Source of the DNA: Poseidonia sp. | Lineage (GTDB): Archaea > Thermoplasmatota > Poseidoniia > Poseidoniales > Poseidoniaceae | Direction: 5' to 3' | Assembly (NCBI GenBank): GCA_016779705.1 | Contig: JADHNB010000003.1 | Coordinates: forward strand, 1 to 46,182 | Length of the DNA: 46,182 nucleotides | Shown here: positions 42,149 to 46,182 of the stretch, piece after piece | Numbering within the stretch: the stretch's first letter is position 1 | How the letters are laid out: each line of letters starts with the position of its first letter | Notes under the pieces: generated by a model | Seen by the model: the letters and a program-made list of their open reading frames with translations, nothing else | Database searches by the model: none | Told to the model about the DNA's origin: nothing | Made by a program: the position numbers and the translations under genes

Positions 42149-44898
42149 CAAGAGCGCTTTGCGAACTTGTAGGCAACGGACTCGTTTTTGCGAAGGTACA
42201 ACGAAGCGGCGAAAGGATTTCCAGTCTTTTTGGAGGTGAAATCATCGAACGGTCCCAAATTTTTGGTTTCAATCAGCGTTTTTGCCTCTTCACGGGTGAT
42301 GTCACGTTTCGAAATACACCGTTCAATGTGGATTTTGCAAGCTGAACCGCCTTCTTCGACGGTGAAATGCGTCTCCGTTTCGATGATGTTCGCCTTGTGG
42401 GTGGGACAAACCCCAACCACGCCCGGTTCAACCGGGAAGCGCTTTGCATCCGCACCGGCGTCTCGTGGAGGGAAATCAAAGGACACTCGGTTCTTATCGA
42501 GAACCAAAAAAGCACTGAAGGGGCGATTGCGTTTTGAAGTAAAATCCTCGAGGAGCGCCGACTTCCCTTGGGTAAAGATGGGCTTCGCTTCTTCGGGAGT
42601 TACCGGGCGTTTGCACATGACGTTCTGCATGCCTCTGAAGGAGCAATCGTCGAAATCGCACACATAGGCTGTTGAAGTAATTCGGATGGTACCGTGTTCA
42701 CAGACAGGGCAAGCGCACAGTTCAGCGTCGCTTTCACTGGCTGCAGCCGTGGTGCTCCCCTTGGCAACGACCTTCCCGTCGTGTTCAAGGACAACGGATG
42801 TTTCGTAACCCTCGCCGGCTTGAGAGAAAAAGCCGTGAAGGTCGTCCAATTGCTTCGAATCGATCAGCCGGGTGGCTGTTGTGCGGTCAAACCAGCGTCC
42901 CGATGTGTCTTTCCAGAACACGAACGGACACCCCTTATCGCGCCCCTCATTCAATTCACACTGGTAGGAAAGGGTTGTTTCGATGACGTTTGCGGAGCAC
43001 GTTGGGCATGCTCCAAGCGGTGGATCGTTGGCGTAGAGTTGACTCCGGTCATGGTCGCGAATCATGGTGACCAACGTGGTGGTTTGGTCAATGATTTTGT
43101 CCATGTAGGAATCCATGGATTCCTCGCCTCTTTGGACCGCCAGCAGGGATGCTTCCATGTCTCCGGTGAGTTCAGGTGAAGTGATCCATTCGACGGGGAT
43201 TCTTCGTAAGATGTCAATCATCCGAATGCCGTGGGGGGCTGCGCTGATGGTACCGTTGCGTGAACGGCGAATGTAATTCCTGTCAATCAACTTCTCGATG
43301 GTGTCAGCACGTGTGGCTGGGGTGCCAAGTCCCTTGTCTTTCATGGCTTCAGCCAATTCATCGTCTTCGATGTGCTTTCCTGCGTGTTCCATCAACTGCA
43401 GCAAGCTCGCCTCTTTGAGTCGGTTCTTGGGTTTGGAGAATTCCTCGGAGAACTCGTGTTCTTCGAGGGTTGATGGTGCTGGATTTGAGGGCAACTGACC
43501 CCATCCATCGGGGACATTGTCCTTCTTTGGAACAACCGCTCGCCATCCGGGTTGGTCAAGGGCCTCAACTTCTTTGATGAATTGATGGCCACCCTTGCTG
43601 GTGGTCCGCTTGGTGACCGTCCAAGCCGATGGAGGGTGCCAGGAGGCGAGGAAATTGCGGACGATGAGGTCATACAACTTGGCATGATCTCCGCTGAGAT
43701 TGGCCGGTGGTTGTTGACCCGTTGGTACAATGGCGTAGTGGTCGGAGACTTTGCTGTTGTCAAAATTTCTGCTCGCATTGGCCAAGCCATCGCTTTGCAA
43801 GCGTGCGACATGTTCGCTGTAGTCTCCTTGTGACTTGATTTGCTCAAGGGTCTTTGCAACCGTTTCATGCATGTCCTCGGGAAGATGCTTTGAATCCGTA
43901 CGGGGATAGGTGGTCAGTTTGAATTTGTCGTACAGGTCTTGGGCCACACTCAAGGTTCGCTTTGCCGACCAAGACCATAGGCTGTTGGCACGTTTCTGGA
44001 GCGTGGTGAGGTCAAAATTCAAGGGCGGCTGTTCGTGTTTGGTCCGATGCGTTTCTGCGGTCGAAAACGGTGAGGCACTGCTCAAGACGGCCTCAATGGC
44101 TTCTTTTTCAACCAATTCAACGATCCGATGGGATTTCAGTTCCGGGCGCTCATCGTCGTCTTTGTGGTCCACTCGTTCCCATCGGGCAGTCCATCGGGCC
44201 TTCCCTGACTGGAACGTGGCGTTGAGTTGCCAATAGGGAAGGGGGACGTGTGAAAGCACCTCCAATTCGTGGTCCACGACCATGGCCAAGGTGGCGGTTT
44301 GAACGCGGCCCAGGGAATTGGACGACCGATCGCGGCGATTTTGAGGCAGGAAGGTGTTGGCCACTCGAGAACCGTTCATCCCGATGATCCAGTCTGCATG
44401 AGAACGAGCGTAGGCTGCATCGCTCAACGCCTTGTATTCATCGCCGCTTTTGCGATTTTCAAAGGCCGAAAGCATGGCATCGAAGGTCATGGACTGCATC
44501 CACATTCGAGATAGCGGCGTGTTCACCTTGGCGTGGGCAACGATGGTTCTGAAGATCAATTCGCCTTCCCTGGCAGCATCACAGGCGTTGACAATTTCCG
44601 TAACGGCTTTATCCTTCAGCAATTTTTTGATGGCGTTGAGTTGGGTTTTGTTCCGTCCACCTTTGGGTTTGTACTCAAAGGTGGGTGGAATGTAGGGCAA
44701 GCGGTCAATGGTTTTTCGCCAGTTTTTGAAGGCTTCATCGTACTCGTCCATGAATTTGAGTTCGAGCAAATGACCCACGGCCCACGTGATGATGATGTCG
44801 TCGCTTTGCCAGTGGGTGTCCAATTTTTTGCCTACCCCGAGGACGTTTGCGAGGTCCTCGGCAACACTGGGTTTCTCAGCAATGATAACGATGGACAT
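42148..44898 (-). CDS. topA: Type IA DNA topoisomerase (TopB/Topo III-like) with three C-terminal Zn-ribbon plus 'topoisomerase C-terminal repeat' units
   Basis: Toprim N-terminus MSIVIIAEKPSVAEDLANVLG and an acidic motif (ACDAAREGE). The active-site region contains TYPRTDS. The C-terminus has three copies of Cys4-type ribbons followed by ..F.SK+..PF.A.L.L......F.F (LEDFTSKRNRPFSAFLVLDKNRVSFDF; FDDFTSKKTGNPFAASLYLRKNESVAYKF). ATG 44898 is preferred over TTG 44913. Confidence 0.92.
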   Translation of the reverse strand: MSIVIIAEKPSVAEDLANVLGVGKKLDTHWQSDDIIITWAVGHLLELKFMDEYDEAFKNWRKTIDRLPYIPPTFEYKPKGGRNKTQLNAIKKLLKDKAVTEIVNACDAAREGELIFRTIVAHAKVNTPLSRMWMQSMTFDAMLSAFENRKSGDEYKALSDAAYARSHADWIIGMNGSRVANTFLPQNRRDRSSNSLGRVQTATLAMVVDHELEVLSHVPLPYWQLNATFQSGKARWTARWERVDHKDDDERPELKSHRIVELVEKEAIEAVLSSASPFSTAETHRTKHEQPPLNFDLTTLQKRANSLWSWSAKRTLSVAQDLYDKFKLTTYPRTDSKHLPEDMHETVAKTLEQIKSQGDYSEHVARLQSDGLANASRNFDNSKVSDHYAIVPTGQQPPANLSGDHAKLYDLIVRNFLASWHPPSAWTVTKRTTSKGGHQFIKEVEALDQPGWRAVVPKKDNVPDGWGQLPSNPAPSTLEEHEFSEEFSKPKNRLKEASLLQLMEHAGKHIEDDELAEAMKDKGLGTPATRADTIEKLIDRNYIRRSRNGTISAAPHGIRMIDILRRIPVEWITSPELTGDMEASLLAVQRGEESMDSYMDKIIDQTTTLVTMIRDHDRSQLYANDPPLGACPTCSANVIETTLSYQCELNEGRDKGCPFVFWKDTSGRWFDRTTATRLIDSKQLDDLHGFFSQAGEGYETSVVLEHDGKVVAKGSTTAAASESDAELCACPVCEHGTIRITSTAYVCDFDDCSFRGMQNVMCKRPVTPEEAKPIFTQGKSALLEDFTSKRNRPFSAFLVLDKNRVSFDFPPRDAGADAKRFPVEPGVVGVCPTHKANIIETETHFTVEEGGSACKIHIERCISKRDITREEAKTLIETKNLGPFDDFTSKKTGNPFAASLYLRKNESVAYKFAKRS

Positions 44899-44964
44899 GT
44901 TGTGGAACCGCAACGACGACCATACTTGAACCCTCCTTCAACTTCGGTTCGCCTTGTGTGCGTG

Positions 44965-44985
44965 CATGAAATGTTTCATTTCATG
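44965..44985. repeat. Perfect 9-bp inverted repeat with a 3-nt loop (CATGAAATG-TTT-CATTTCATG)
   Basis: Read directly from the sequence. It spans the stop codon (44981-44983) of the upstream minus-strand ORF and sits 67-87 nt upstream of the topoisomerase ATG. Confidence 0.6.
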
Positions 44986-45418
44986 GACCCAAAACATCCG
45001 ATTTAACAAGCCGTTTCCGGTTGGCCTCCTCGTCCCAAGGCTGTTCTGCTTCTTTCCCAGCGCAACCCACGCATCCCGGGTAACCGGCCTCCAGCAAATC
45101 AACCGCTGTCGCTTTGATGGCCTCCCATGCCGCCCTTGCCTCAAGTGGAATCCAAACCACGCCGAGTGGAGGTTCGCTCTCGTTGCATTGGACCAGCAAT
45201 TCCAAAGTGGATGTACGAAGGATGGCAAGGGGTTCATCGAAATCGGGTAAACAGGACGGAAAGTGCAATCTCGACGGGAGCCGGTCCCCCATCAACACAC
45301 CGAGAGCGTGGAGTTCAGGTTCAATCCAGTCTGGTCCTTGTACCACGATGTTTTCTTCCCGTAACAACAGCCGAGCAGCCTCACGTACGGCCGGCCACCG
45401 CGGGTCCGTGATTCGCAT
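44981..45418 (-). CDS. Hypothetical protein (about 145 aa)
   Basis: This minus-strand frame has a balanced, acidic, protein-like composition, whereas the overlapping plus-strand ORF (45114..45593) is Ser/Arg-rich and looks like noise. Start set at ATG 45418 (MRITDPRW...) so that it does not overlap the divergent pyrD start. The ORF-track start is 45538. Confidence 0.45.
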   Translation of the reverse strand: MRITDPRWPAVREAARLLLREENIVVQGPDWIEPELHALGVLMGDRLPSRLHFPSCLPDFDEPLAILRTSTLELLVQCNESEPPLGVVWIPLEARAAWEAIKATAVDLLEAGYPGCVGCAGKEAEQPWDEEANRKRLVKSDVLGP

Positions 45419-45472
45419 GTTGCAAGGGAGAAGGGGGCAAGTCTTGAAGGATGGCTTTGCCGACCCGCTCGC

Positions 45473-46182
45473 ATGGGCGTTGGCTACAAGTTGTTTGCAC
45501 GCCCGGCGCTCGCGTTGCAAGATTCCGAACGGGCCCACAAACGAAGTCTGCGGATGCTACGGTGGATGGCGGCGACAGCTCCCGGACGTCTGATGCTACG
45601 CTCGCTCTACGCGCCCCGGCGCACGGTGCCGGTCAACCTGTTCGGGCATGAATACAAACACCCGCTTGGACTTGCTGCTGGGATGGACAAAAACGCAGAA
45701 GCGCTGCGAGGATGGGATGCCATCGGCCTCGCCTTCATTGAAATTGGTGGGGTGACCATGCTCGGCCAAGAAGGGAACCCAAAACCTCGGATGTTTCGAG
45801 CCGACGCCTCGAAAGCTCTGGTCAACCGCATGGGGTTCAACAACCAAGGCAGTGAAGCGATTCAACGCCACCTTGAGGCCCATGTTCGTCGCTACGGTCG
45901 GCCAAAGGCCCCGCTCTGGGTGAACCTTGGAAAATCGAAGGTGACCTCCTTGGAGGATGCGCACACCGATTACGCCACCACCATGGAACGTCTTTGGAAG
46001 CACACGGACGTTTTTGTCATCAACGTCTCCTCTCCAAACACCCCTAAATTGCGGACCCTCCAAAGCGATGAGGGTCTCAAACGGATTCTCGTCGCTTGTC
46101 ACGAAGTCAACCAACGCCTCACAGCGTCAACCACCAACGATGAAATCCCGTTGTTGGTCAAAATCGCCCCCGATGTCGATGA
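45473..46182 (+). CDS. pyrD: Dihydroorotate dehydrogenase, class 2 (quinone-dependent) type; 3' end truncated by the window edge
   Basis: Not in the ORF track because no stop falls in the window. My own translation gives MGVGYKLFARPALALQDSERAHKRSLRML...VNLFGHEYKHPLGLAAGMDKNAEA...IEIGGVT...GNPKPRMFR...NRMGFNNQG...VINVSSPNTPKLR...LVKIAPD. The N-terminal extension ahead of the first barrel strand (here F.RP.L..L..E.AH) is a class 2 feature. Confidence 0.88.
   Translation, partial: MGVGYKLFARPALALQDSERAHKRSLRMLRWMAATAPGRLMLRSLYAPRRTVPVNLFGHEYKHPLGLAAGMDKNAEALRGWDAIGLAFIEIGGVTMLGQEGNPKPRMFRADASKALVNRMGFNNQGSEAIQRHLEAHVRRYGRPKAPLWVNLGKSKVTSLEDAHTDYATTMERLWKHTDVFVINVSSPNTPKLRTLQSDEGLKRILVACHEVNQRLTASTTNDEIPLLVKIAPDVD

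Noticed and set aside
44921-44923. 15-codon mini-ORF with an upstream GGAGG, preceding and overlapping the topoisomerase start, as a leader peptide
   Set aside because: It is too short to evaluate, there is no conservation data, and many archaeal mRNAs are leaderless. It is mentioned only as context under the palindrome finding.
45114-45593. 159-aa plus-strand ORF upstream of pyrD
   Set aside because: Its Ser/Arg/Gly-rich composition looks like noise. It is out of frame with pyrD and antisense to a more protein-like minus-strand ORF.

Overview
The window is a densely packed (roughly 95% coding), about 53% GC chromosomal segment. It looks archaeal, most plausibly an uncultured marine euryarchaeote of the MG-II/Poseidoniales type. 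That origin is inferred from gene content: an archaeal-type AlaRS N-terminus, RtcB, family-B polymerase, a RadB-like ATPase, geranylgeranyl reductase and giant TSP3/PKD surface proteins. I support 2 tRNA genes (Ser-GGA, Thr-GGT, both with encoded CCA) and about 31 CDSs. No CRISPR array, rRNA, IS element or prophage is visible.

Most genes are housekeeping: rtcB, alaS, valS, serA-like, glyA, an AlaAT-like aminotransferase, pepP-like, an MqnC/MqnE/CofH-type radical SAM enzyme, a GGR-type reductase, a type IA topoisomerase and a 3'-truncated pyrD that the ORF track does not list.

The most interesting locus is 11.7-16.5 kb. An 89-aa ORF is translationally coupled to a family-B DNA polymerase whose three exonuclease motifs have all lost their carboxylates and whose motifs B and C are non-canonical. 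That polymerase converges on, and overlaps by 74 nt, a RadB/ImuA-like RecA-fold ATPase. The ATPase is divergently paired with a catalytically intact Y-family (DinB/Dpo4) polymerase. I read this as a candidate archaeal damage-tolerance or mutagenesis cassette, architecturally reminiscent of bacterial imuA-imuB-dnaE2.

The second highlight is a 1010-aa lipobox protein on the minus strand. It fuses canonical Cys-containing thrombospondin type-3 repeats to a C-terminal PNGase F-like domain. Nearby on the plus strand are a 1032-aa TSP3-repeat protein and a PKD-domain protein.

All functional calls rest on motif recognition by eye and on remembered reference sequences. No database search was run.
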